Assembly: GCA_965215265.1 (NCBI GenBank)
Contig: OZ244048.1
Location: 1,120,001-1,184,000 of the forward strand
Direction of reading: 5' to 3'
Source of the DNA: Candidatus Poribacteria bacterium
Lineage (GTDB): Bacteria > Poribacteria > WGA-4E > WGA-3G
Length of the DNA: 64,000 nt
Shown here piece after piece: positions 20,501 through 28,591 of the stretch. Each line of letters starts with the position of its first letter. The stretch's first letter is position 1. Position numbers and translations under genes: made by a program. The notes below the pieces were generated by a model. That model made no database searches. It was not told where the DNA came from and saw only the letters and a program-made list of their open reading frames with translations.

Positions 20501-20845
20501 CGGCGTGTGTGGATTTTCCCACAACTGAAAGAAATCCTGATTTATCCCATGTATATTAACCTTTGCGGCCCGGGTTTGCATTTCAGGTACAACAACTGTG
20601 CCGTTCAGCAGTACTGCAGGCACCATGTTCGGGCGGTTGATTAATTCGGGGGCGAAAAACAGATCTGCGAGCATCGCGTGTTCAATCGTGCCGAGTCTTT
20701 CCAACGTAACGGCTTTGAGGCTACCGCGTACAGAATCGCCGACGAGCAGGGCACCTCCAAGGACACCGGTTGCTACTGCAGTGCAAAGCGCGACGGTCAA
20801 ATGAATCTGCCAAAAATGTTTGAGGGATGCCCAAAACGTCCACAT
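17501..20845 (-). CDS. ABC transporter permease (FtsX/MacB-like, duplicated)
   Basis: Multiple TM segments; EQRSREIGILRALGY and ERRGELATLRAFGF FtsX motifs. Confidence 0.9.
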   Translation of the reverse strand: MWTFWASLKHFWQIHLTVALCTAVATGVLGGALLVGDSVRGSLKAVTLERLGTIEHAMLADLFFAPELINRPNMVPAVLLNGTVVVPEMQTRAAKVNIHGINQDFFQLWENPHTPNLTYTSGQPFPGIAINTALQTELNVQVGDTLLVHFPQSVGISPEFLLGRRETSEVIQTLRLIVSDIVPTQNAGRFSLRAHQSLPLNAFIALPVLQNALGQTGKVNALFTSEPEAFSPDAFALTLDVLGLKIHEHENHFDLQSQHYLIKPQLSDIALSIAAENGIPTLPTLTYFANTITANGKTLPYSTILGMLPAEHDLVGLRVKSNLFTPERSEKEYLSRNFFTLDDNEIILNTWAATDLGVEVDDSVEISYYRTGAAEQYTTQTALFRLKAITPIHGLAADTSLIPEFPGIHATTDMSNWDAPFPIDYTLIREKDEAYWDEYRATPKAFISLKTAQRLWKNRFGNLTGIRMQPAPNLECHATRELFETEFLKKNQPEQIGFQFLAPRAAGLQASEGTTDFGMLFSSLSILIILSVASLIRMLFQIGVEQRSREIGILRALGYPLAKIRSRFLIETGIIAGLGSLLGCAFAIAYTQLMLYGLRTWWLPAIGTPFVTFHMQGSTLFTGISIALAVVLFTIYQTVQKLGNSQTASLLAGGTDFADRSHKPKSQNVKLPSRSRIIIMGLVIGMIGVAIGFGVGFFTNLGTSLLEHPVFQLLAYTSSVITLGWGAFGRWLNSQKVAKRFSRLRFTLKNAARQPGHSKGCVVMVSLACCIIVAVGVNRQDAPPETEYTFVAESDSPLHHSLNTSAGRFELGFSERDAQLLSNSEVIPFRVLPGEDVSCLNLYQPQKPQILGVSARALEKSAWPRSSHWHELKKEGDRVYALADENSIRWVLHHNPEEPLLIEDEFGNPLGLHLHTIQNSLFQSQLIISESHFIRLFPSQSGYRYFLIKTPPEFRKETAAILEKTLRDYGFDVTSASARLANYQGVTNAYISTFQSLGGFGIILGTFGLALVLFRNVIERRGELATLRAFGFRRQLLSRMLFVESSFLLVVGMLIGTLAGLVSVLGTQGYFPAFPWPSLIITLLLILGFGIIANAVAVALALRSPLLATLKKDL
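19835..19907 (+). repeat. Family A copy inside the ABC permease CDS
   Basis: gttgcgagataggtattctttttcactcct-ttc-aggagtgaaaagattactttttactcgcaac(cccactagg); encodes LRVKSNLFTPERSEKEYLSRN. Confidence 0.9.
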
Positions 20846-20974
20846 AATTTATTTTTTTTCGGATTTTTCGTCTACAGGAGCCCCTAACAAGGCTGCTGCT
20901 TTTGATAAGTCCTTTACAAATCTCGTCAGAGCCGTCTGATGTTTAGATTCATTAGTTAAGTGATAAAAGAGACC

Positions 20975-21679
20975 TCACCTGCGCGCTCGTACGGTGCCGG
21001 TACCGTCGGCAAGTTCCAGATGATACTGAAAACGGGCAGCGAGCTCCAGGTGATGTGTCACAACAATTAAGATATTCTGTTCCACGTTGTGCATCTCAAA
21101 AAGCACATTGGCGACAGTCTCGGCGGTGGTGTTATCGAGATTCCCGGTTGGCTCATCACATAGTAGGATGCCCGGACGGTTGATGAGTGCACGCGCAATC
21201 GCAACACGTTGACGTTCCCCGCCAGAAAGTTCTGCTGGCCGATGCGAGAGGCGATGCATCAATCCGACGCGTTGGAGAAGTTCCTTGGCACGTTGTGTCG
21301 AGCCCGTCACTTGTTTAAAGGCAAGCGTAGGAACCAGAACATTTTCAAGCACGGAGTACTGCGGCAGCAGATAATGCTCCTGAAACACAAATCCAATCAC
21401 TGCGTTGCGGTAACGTGCCAATTCCCGGTCTGAGAGTGAAAAGGTGTCTAGGTTGTTAATCTCGACGCGTCCGTTTGAAGGTGCCTCTAATGTGCCAAGG
21501 ATGTGCAGCAGTGTGCTTTTCCCAGAACCGGAGGGTCCGGTGATTGCGACAGATGCCCCCTTATCGAAGGCAAACGAAATATTGCGCAGGACGTGGGTCT
21601 TCCCGAAATCCTTGTAAAGATTGTAAACTTTCAGGTTTGTTGTTTGGACGGTAGGCATAGGTTTAGGTAGCATTGACAA
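20975..21679 (-). CDS. ABC transporter ATP-binding protein (LolD/MacB-like)
   Basis: GPSGSGKS, LSGGERQRVA, LLCDEPTGNLD. Confidence 0.93.
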   Translation of the reverse strand: MSMLPKPMPTVQTTNLKVYNLYKDFGKTHVLRNISFAFDKGASVAITGPSGSGKSTLLHILGTLEAPSNGRVEINNLDTFSLSDRELARYRNAVIGFVFQEHYLLPQYSVLENVLVPTLAFKQVTGSTQRAKELLQRVGLMHRLSHRPAELSGGERQRVAIARALINRPGILLCDEPTGNLDNTTAETVANVLFEMHNVEQNILIVVTHHLELAARFQYHLELADGTGTVRARR

Positions 21680-22082
21680 CTATCTGATTTAAGATAAATT
21701 GGGGAATCGGTATCGCGCGTAACTTTTCACCTGGGTTACACACGCAGCAGACCGTCGTGAGTTCTCCGCGCGCTATAGCCTCACCCTTACACGTAAAATT
21801 GAATTGATAAGTGAGGGACTTCCTGCCTTTTTTAGCCACGGATACCTCAATGTCTACCTCGTCTTCAAACCGCAGTGGACCGAGATATTCGCAGGTGGCC
21901 GCGAGTCGCGGCCATCCAATTTTATCGCCATTCCATTCAGTTGCAACACTGGTGCCGAGGCTCCGTAAGAATTCATGCTCTGCGGTTTCCATGAAGACGA
22001 AGAATCGTGTAAAATGCACAATACCGGCCATATCCGTATCCGCAAATTCTATTTTTCGTTTGGTTCGGTATACTGCAGCCAT
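21663..22082 (-). CDS. Acyl-CoA thioesterase (4HBT/YbgC hotdog fold)
   Basis: FADTDMAGIVHF...FMETAE motif. Confidence 0.88.
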   Translation of the reverse strand: MAAVYRTKRKIEFADTDMAGIVHFTRFFVFMETAEHEFLRSLGTSVATEWNGDKIGWPRLAATCEYLGPLRFEDEVDIEVSVAKKGRKSLTYQFNFTCKGEAIARGELTTVCCVCNPGEKLRAIPIPQFILNQIVVNAT

Positions 22083-22136
22083 TTTTTTTGTCTATTGGAG
22101 TACCATGAAGGCGGCTGCTTTGATAACACCTATACA

Positions 22137-22219
22137 AATCTCGCCAGTGGCAGGATAGGTAGTCTATGCGTGTCCTGAAGGACACGCTTGCACTACCTTT
22201 ACCTGCCACCCGCTGGGAG
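22137..22219 (+). repeat. Family A copy, intergenic
   Basis: aatctcgccagtggcaggataggtagtctatgcgtgtcct-ga-aggacacgcttgcactacctttacctgccacccgctgggag. Confidence 0.88.
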
Positions 22220-22254
22220 CCGCTTTAGGCTGTGTTAATCACATTAGGTGTGCC

Positions 22255-23673
22255 TCACATTTTAGGGAAATCTGGAACGTTTTCATAGAAGCTCCATGAT
22301 TCGGCGTAGATTCTCCAATGCCCGTCAGCCGGGTCGACCATTAAATTTAACTTCTTCGTTCCGTAATCAGAGTAAGCAGGGCGGGTTCCCGATGCAGGAG
22401 TTCCCGTGAATTTTTGTAAGAATTTGACATCTGCGACGGCGGTGTCGCCGTTAACCTGCAAATTAGAGATTGTAACTTGTATATCGGCGTACATCCTATT
22501 CAGTTTCTTCATCTTCTCCTGCAGCTGTGATTTGGTGAGGTAGGTGGGTGTCCCTTTTCCGCCGCCTCGGATAGTGACACGAGTGATTTGTGCCTTGTCT
22601 GCATAGAGAGACATATAGGTTTTAAGGTCTTTGCCTTCCCAAGCGGCTTGCCATTTTCCGAGAACCTGTCTCACCTTAAGTTGGGTATCTACAGGTGCGT
22701 TCCCATCGAAGGCCCCATTGGGTTTTCCTGCCGATTCGGACGTGGGTTCATCGTACGCTGCCACGGCTTCAGAGGTTGGAACAGAATCCTTGATTTCATC
22801 GTTAATCAACCTCCATTTCCGAAAGAAAAACCCTTTTTTCTGTATAGTAAGCGTGCGCGAATGCGTTTCAATTGGGTCACCGTCATCGTACAAGGTCACA
22901 AGGATATTGTCAACGATGTGTCGGTTTTTGTGCCGCGGGACGGCGACATAGGTGGCCTGCGACAAGTCGACGATAGGGGATTGGGCCATCATGCTGTTCG
23001 CACGTTGGAATTCCGCTTTGCGTTTGTTCCGGGTAGATTTATCCCAAAGTTTTTCATATTTCTTGGCATCTTGGGATTCCAGAGCATTTTTCCAGTCCTT
23101 AACAAGCAGCACAACTGGGCTGTTGGGTGGCTGTATGGTACCGGATTGTGAGTCAGGTTCAGGTGTCGTTGGAACTGTTGCCAGTTGTTGTCCGACTATC
23201 TCATCCTTGATAATTTTCCACCGTTTTTGGAGAATTCCCTTCTTTTCGATAAGGAGGTTCCGTACTTGCTGTTGGGATTCGCCTGGCAGCCGGACAATGA
23301 CCTGTATCCCTTCAATTCGTAAACGATTGGTATATCGTGCTACGCTGCGCTGTTTGATGGTGCTATCGCGGAGGTGCACCTCAAATTTGACTGTTCCATT
23401 CGCCTTGAGGTATTGTGCGGTTTGGTTATAAACCTGCGACTGCTTCCGGCGTGTACTTGAAACCCAAAGTGCATCATATTTTTTGAGTTCGCCGGATTCT
23501 AGTGCACTTTTCCAACGCGCCAAAAAAGCATTCGGTGCCTCGCTTGAACGCATTGAAACGACAATCAAAACAAAACTGACGAGTAAGATACCTGCTATTG
23601 CCCCGCCCCATATCAAATTAGGTGAGATATTGAATTTCTGTGGGTTGTTTTGTGCGGTTTGGGAGCCGTTCAT
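22255..23673 (-). CDS. Membrane-anchored protein with three NTF2/SnoaL-like repeats
   Basis: N-terminal TM; repeats WKSALES..KKYDALW, WKNALES..KKYEKLW, WQAAWEGKDLKTYMSLY, each ending W(K/R)I..E-like. Confidence 0.65.
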   Translation of the reverse strand: MNGSQTAQNNPQKFNISPNLIWGGAIAGILLVSFVLIVVSMRSSEAPNAFLARWKSALESGELKKYDALWVSSTRRKQSQVYNQTAQYLKANGTVKFEVHLRDSTIKQRSVARYTNRLRIEGIQVIVRLPGESQQQVRNLLIEKKGILQKRWKIIKDEIVGQQLATVPTTPEPDSQSGTIQPPNSPVVLLVKDWKNALESQDAKKYEKLWDKSTRNKRKAEFQRANSMMAQSPIVDLSQATYVAVPRHKNRHIVDNILVTLYDDGDPIETHSRTLTIQKKGFFFRKWRLINDEIKDSVPTSEAVAAYDEPTSESAGKPNGAFDGNAPVDTQLKVRQVLGKWQAAWEGKDLKTYMSLYADKAQITRVTIRGGGKGTPTYLTKSQLQEKMKKLNRMYADIQVTISNLQVNGDTAVADVKFLQKFTGTPASGTRPAYSDYGTKKLNLMVDPADGHWRIYAESWSFYENVPDFPKM

Positions 23674-23772
23674 GGACTCATCTCCTTGCGCTTTTTGTAC
23701 GAAGACGTTGTTGCAAGAGGTAGCGCTCTCATCAGGGCCTTCTTGCGTCGATAGTTGTAAGTCCTCAGTGCC

Positions 23773-25149
23773 CTAAAAATTGGGGACATCTTCGTAGATT
23801 TGCCATCTTTCGTTATGGATTTTCCATTCGTTGCCAACTGTATGCATCCAGACTTCGCGTATCCAAATATTGTACAAGGCTGTTGCGTTTTCGTCTGCTG
23901 CCTCTTTTACTAAGCGACTCATGCGGTAAATACCGATGACGCTTTCTCCTTCAACCTCGGTTCGGGCACTGTTCTTGTTCCAAGTATGCGCGTTCATCTC
24001 GCGAAGATTGGCTTCAAGTTGTCCACGGTCGATTTTGGAGCGATTCTCTTTACTTTCACGAATCACCACTTTATCAGTGATGCTATTTGGTGCATAGTAA
24101 GTGAGATGGGTGGTGAGGTTTTTGCGGCTCCATGCCGTGTCCCACCGGCTGAGCGCGGCCTTGCCTGCAGTAATCTGCTCCGTGGACAGGGAGGTTCGCC
24201 CTGTTCTGACAGGCTGGTTCTGTTGTTGGCTTTGGACATAGGCGCGCGCCTCACGTGCTTTCTGTTTGAGGTAGTCCTCATGAGCAGCGGCAGCACTACG
24301 CTGGTTTGCCTTTTCAAGTTTCTCAGTATAGATTTGTGCTTGTTCGCGCAACTGTTTCCTGAGGGATTCCATCTCAGCGATTACTGCACGTTTCTGCTGC
24401 CCTTCTTCGCGAATCATTGAATCGGCGACTTCAAGCTTGTGCCGGAGTTCAGCGATTTCTTTGCCGTAACCCCGGATTTCAGACTCCATCCGCTGGGCGC
24501 GTGTCTGAATCCCTTCTAAATTCTCTCTGAGCGTTCCAACCTGTTTCTTGTACGTTTGTTGGTTACTGCTAAGTTCACGTTTCTCTTTTTCAAGTTGATT
24601 CAGTGTCTGTAGTAGCTGTTTTTCATCAAGACGGAGTTGCTGAACCTGCTTTTGTGCGGTTGCGAGTTCTTCTACTTTAGAAGAAAGTTGCTGGCTGAGT
24701 TTGTTCGCAGCGATGCCTTTCTCGAGAATCTGTGCATTCAATTCTGCGTTTTTCTCTGCGTTGATAGCCTGCCGGTGCGCGAGCATTGCATCAGCAAACG
24801 CTTGGTACGCGAGGCGAAGTGCTTCACTTCCGTTTTTATCGGTGAGTGCCGTTTTTGCATCCGTCAGTTTCCCTTGCGCTGCTGCAAATGCATCCGGCGC
24901 AAGCGAAGGTGCGTTAGCTTCATGTGCAGATTCAATAGCAGTTTCAGCTTGAAGGATTGCTGATTCTACATCCATCGGCTCAATGCTTCCCAGCTGTGCC
25001 CCACAGCCTACAATGTAGTTTGAGATAAAAAGCAATATTACCAGAGGGGCGTAAAACGTAGCATGCGCAACAGCCGCGCGAAAACACAGTTTAATAGCTG
25101 CATTAAGCTTGAAAAGGACTTGATTCTTTAGCGCGATGTAGCCTTTCAT
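23773..25149 (-). CDS. Lipoprotein: DUF4398-like helical domain, long coiled coil, C-terminal NTF2-like domain
   Basis: AGGAGG RBS before MKGY; lipobox IVGC; heptad-rich middle; WDTAWSRKN...WKIHNERW. Confidence 0.65.
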   Translation of the reverse strand: MKGYIALKNQVLFKLNAAIKLCFRAAVAHATFYAPLVILLFISNYIVGCGAQLGSIEPMDVESAILQAETAIESAHEANAPSLAPDAFAAAQGKLTDAKTALTDKNGSEALRLAYQAFADAMLAHRQAINAEKNAELNAQILEKGIAANKLSQQLSSKVEELATAQKQVQQLRLDEKQLLQTLNQLEKEKRELSSNQQTYKKQVGTLRENLEGIQTRAQRMESEIRGYGKEIAELRHKLEVADSMIREEGQQKRAVIAEMESLRKQLREQAQIYTEKLEKANQRSAAAAHEDYLKQKAREARAYVQSQQQNQPVRTGRTSLSTEQITAGKAALSRWDTAWSRKNLTTHLTYYAPNSITDKVVIRESKENRSKIDRGQLEANLREMNAHTWNKNSARTEVEGESVIGIYRMSRLVKEAADENATALYNIWIREVWMHTVGNEWKIHNERWQIYEDVPNF

Positions 25150-25262
25150 GTCGTGCCTCCTTTTTTTACAAACGGTGCTACCCGATATCATGGGGCAGCA
25201 ATGGACGAATTAACTTTATGAGCAAAACGTCAATTTTACGGTTTGGTTTCTTTTCGTCGTTA

Positions 25263-26360
25263 TTAAAAAACGGATAATGCCAAAATTTCGGGTGGAACGC
25301 TGGCTGTTTTCATTTCAACCAGCGCGTCTTTAATCACAGCAGCTCTTGTCGTCCCGACACCTTCAACTGCCTCTAATTCATCGACGGTTGCACTATAGAT
25401 AGCTTCGAACGTTTTAAACTTTTGAACGATATTTTCAATAATACGCATGGAAATGCGTGGAATCTGGTTCAGTATGCGATATCCGCGAGGGATAAGACTT
25501 TCTGACGTATGGGTTGTATCGGCGGAATACCCTAAAGTTTCGCAGACATGGCTCCGGTTTGCCAGGTTATTTGGCTCAAGGTGCAGAATCTTTTCAAAAG
25601 CGTAATATGCATCGTCCTGGTTTTCGTGATAGTAGTCTTTAATAACGAGGAAGCCGCGTTCAATTTCAGTTGTGAATTCGGATGGGGTGAGTTGTAAAGA
25701 GCGGGCTTGGGTCCCTAATTCAACGCGGTATCCATTTAATTCGGACTGTGTACGGCGGACGTGTTCACATAATTGTATCATTGTGACAACATCAGCCAAT
25801 GTGACGGTCCCGCTTAATTCTGCCCAATTCAAAATAGCTTCAGCGTTCTGCATCGCTTTCCTGTACTGACTAAGGGCGAGCATGGTTTGATTCGCACATG
25901 AAATGAGAACGGAAGGTTCTCGGAAAATGTAACGTTGATTCCTGAGATATAAAGTCAGCGTCTGCCGGCTTCGCGAGACCGTGAGCACCATGTGTCCGGT
26001 CTGTTTTGCGAATTTATCTGCGGCTCGATGCCGGAGCCCTGTTTCATTTGACATAATAGCCGGATTTAACCTGAGCGTTACATTGGCTCGGATAATCCGT
26101 TTCATGTCCTCAGAAAGCAAGATTGCGCCATCCATCTTTGCCAATTCATACAACCGCATCGGGGTATACCCTGAATTAATCCGGAATCCACCTTCTGTTA
26201 AATCCAGAATTTCTGGTGTATCACCAACGACAATCAACCCGCCTTTTTTTCCTTGGATAATGTAGTCGATGCCTTCCCTGAGGGCGGTCCCCGGTGCCAA
26301 CAACTTTAACGTCGCAACCCATTCACGTTCTTTCTGATTGTCAATCGAGATGTTCTGCAC
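25263..26360 (-). CDS. disA: DNA integrity scanning diadenylate cyclase
   Basis: LAPGTALREG, ELAKMDGA, ETGLRHRAA, PRGYRIL, C-terminal HhH VEGVG. Confidence 0.92.
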   Translation of the reverse strand: MQNISIDNQKEREWVATLKLLAPGTALREGIDYIIQGKKGGLIVVGDTPEILDLTEGGFRINSGYTPMRLYELAKMDGAILLSEDMKRIIRANVTLRLNPAIMSNETGLRHRAADKFAKQTGHMVLTVSRSRQTLTLYLRNQRYIFREPSVLISCANQTMLALSQYRKAMQNAEAILNWAELSGTVTLADVVTMIQLCEHVRRTQSELNGYRVELGTQARSLQLTPSEFTTEIERGFLVIKDYYHENQDDAYYAFEKILHLEPNNLANRSHVCETLGYSADTTHTSESLIPRGYRILNQIPRISMRIIENIVQKFKTFEAIYSATVDELEAVEGVGTTRAAVIKDALVEMKTASVPPEILALSVF

Positions 26361-26382
26361 CGTGCCTACCTCCTATTTATAT

Positions 26383-26411
26383 AGAATATACTATTTAAAG
26401 CAGGATGTCAA
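26383..26411 (-). promoter_or_regulatory. Sigma70-type promoter for disA
   Basis: Minus strand TTGACA, 17 nt, TATTCT. Confidence 0.6.
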
Positions 26412-26663
26412 CCCAATTTTAGAGAACTGTTACACACCACAAAAATTTGTTTGACTTTACAGGTAAATAAGGATATAATACATATAGGATTTACCCAAAG
26501 AACCCCTAAATTCGGGTAAGTCCATTCTGTAAGCACTACGCAGAAAAGCGTAACTACCGCGAGCGGTTTGTATTAGTGCTGGCGCTGTGACTTTCATGTT
26601 ATTATTCAAGATACTGTTTTAGTTGTTCATATTGTATTTTAAAATTGGAGAAAACGAAATAAT

Positions 26664-27197
26664 ATGCGAATAGGTTTATTAGGTCCCTGTGTTTTAATGC
26701 TCTTCTCGTGCAGCGGCGAACCGCTCCCGACTGTAACGATTGAAACTGATAAAGGGAACATCGTCATTGAGCTCTATCCGGATGCTGCACCGGTGACAGT
26801 GGCGAACTTTGCAAAACTGATTCAGGCGGAATTCTATAACGGTTTGACGTTCCATCGCTACGCACCGGGATTCGTTATACAAGGCGGCGACCCGGACGGC
26901 ACCGGGCGTGGTGGCCCTGGGTGGACAATCCCTGGCGAATTCCAAGATCCGACCTTACGTGAGAAGATGCCACTGCATGAAAAAGGTGTCGTCGCAATGG
27001 CACGTACTCGGAATCCTGACTCTGCTGGAAGTCAATTTTATATCTGCCTTAACTCAGATCCGACGGGGTACGCCCACCTCAACGGCAGCTACACAACCTT
27101 CGGACGCGTCATCAAAGGGATGGATGTGGCGGATGTACTGCGCCAAGGCGACGTGATGCAGAAAGTAACGATAGAAAATTATACTGATGCCCGATAG
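26664..27197 (+). CDS. Cyclophilin-type peptidyl-prolyl isomerase (lipoprotein)
   Basis: APVTVANF, FYNGLTFHR, FVIQGGDP, AMAR, SAGSQFYI, YTTFGRV. Confidence 0.95.
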   Translation: MRIGLLGPCVLMLFSCSGEPLPTVTIETDKGNIVIELYPDAAPVTVANFAKLIQAEFYNGLTFHRYAPGFVIQGGDPDGTGRGGPGWTIPGEFQDPTLREKMPLHEKGVVAMARTRNPDSAGSQFYICLNSDPTGYAHLNGSYTTFGRVIKGMDVADVLRQGDVMQKVTIENYTDAR

Positions 27198-28323
27198 CCA
27201 TACACGCGCTTGGACTCATGGACCCCGGTTAGAAACGTTAATGATAGAAGGAGAGGAGAACGGAACTATGGAAGAATGGAAACGTCTTGTTAGGGATACT
27301 GTGAACACGCCTGAGAAGCTCGCCGCTGCCCTCGATGTTGATGTGGAGGAGATGCGGCGGATTCACAAGGAATTCCCGATTCGTATCAATCCATATTATC
27401 TCAGCCTGATAGAGAAGCCCGGCGACCCGATTTGGAAACAGGTAGTTCCAGACACGCACGAATTGATTAGTACCGGTGTGGAGGACCCGCTCCACGAAGA
27501 GGACGATAGCGAGGTGCCGAACGTCACGCATCGGTATCCGGACCGAGCGCTCTTTTATGTCAACTATATGTGTCCGATTTACTGTCGTTTCTGTACCCGG
27601 AAACGAAAAGTGGGAGATCCGCATTCAATCGCTGAAAATAACATTGAGACCGGGCTCGCCTATATCCGAGCACATCCGGAGATACGAGATGTTATTATCT
27701 CCGGGGGGGATCCGCTCATGCTAACGGATAAGAAGATTGAATATATCGTTAGCGGGTTGAGAAATATAGAGCATCTGGACATTATCCGGATCGGTTCCCG
27801 GGTACCCGTGACTTTGCCCCAGCGAATTACGCCCGAATTGTGCACGATTTTGAAGAAATATCATCCGTTTTACATCAACACACATTTCAACCATCCACGG
27901 GAAATCACACGAGAGACAGAGGAGGCGTGTGGTAGGTTAGCCGATGCCGGCATTCCACTGGGGAACCAGACGGTCTTGCTGAAGGGCGTGAATGACACAC
28001 CGAAAGTGATGGTAGAACTGATGAAAGGGTTGTTACGCATCCGCGTAAAACCCTACTATATCTATCAGGCGGACCTCGTTGTCGGCACAGATCATTTCCG
28101 AACGGCTGTTAAAACAGGTTTAGAAATCGTGGCGGCCTTGCGTGGACATATTTCTGGACTCGGGGTTCCGCACTATGTCGTTGATGCCCCCGGCGGTGGC
28201 GGGAAGATCGCCCTCATTCCGGATCCCGTTGTAACCTTTGATGACGATGAAATCCAACTGCAGAATTACGAGGGTAATGTCTACAGTTATCCGAGCACGC
28301 CTTTTTATGATGAGGATTGGTAG
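27187..28323 (+). CDS. kamA: KamA-family radical SAM enzyme (lysine 2,3-aminomutase-like)
   Basis: THRYPDR, CPIYCRFCTRKR, SGGDPL, HFNHPREIT, NQTVLLKGVND, DAPGGGGK. Confidence 0.85.
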   Translation: MPDSHTRAWTHGPRLETLMIEGEENGTMEEWKRLVRDTVNTPEKLAAALDVDVEEMRRIHKEFPIRINPYYLSLIEKPGDPIWKQVVPDTHELISTGVEDPLHEEDDSEVPNVTHRYPDRALFYVNYMCPIYCRFCTRKRKVGDPHSIAENNIETGLAYIRAHPEIRDVIISGGDPLMLTDKKIEYIVSGLRNIEHLDIIRIGSRVPVTLPQRITPELCTILKKYHPFYINTHFNHPREITRETEEACGRLADAGIPLGNQTVLLKGVNDTPKVMVELMKGLLRIRVKPYYIYQADLVVGTDHFRTAVKTGLEIVAALRGHISGLGVPHYVVDAPGGGGKIALIPDPVVTFDDDEIQLQNYEGNVYSYPSTPFYDEDW

Positions 28324-28591
28324 TGCAGCAGGATAACCCGTCTAAGTGTGTCAAATTCAAACACGCGAACGTCTTCTTATTTTTATACTTCCCCATAAAT
28401 CAATAGAGCTAGCATGGTGAGAGTACACTGAGCGTTTTCCGAATCAGCTCAAATGAGTAAGTAAAGTACCACATTTGCCATTGATTCGGGATGCCCTAAA
28501 TGTAGCAGGGGTAAGCACCGTAGCGAATTTAGTAGATTCTACTTTGATGCGCCGGCGTGAACGTTTACATTGACAAAAAAGGAGAAATCTA

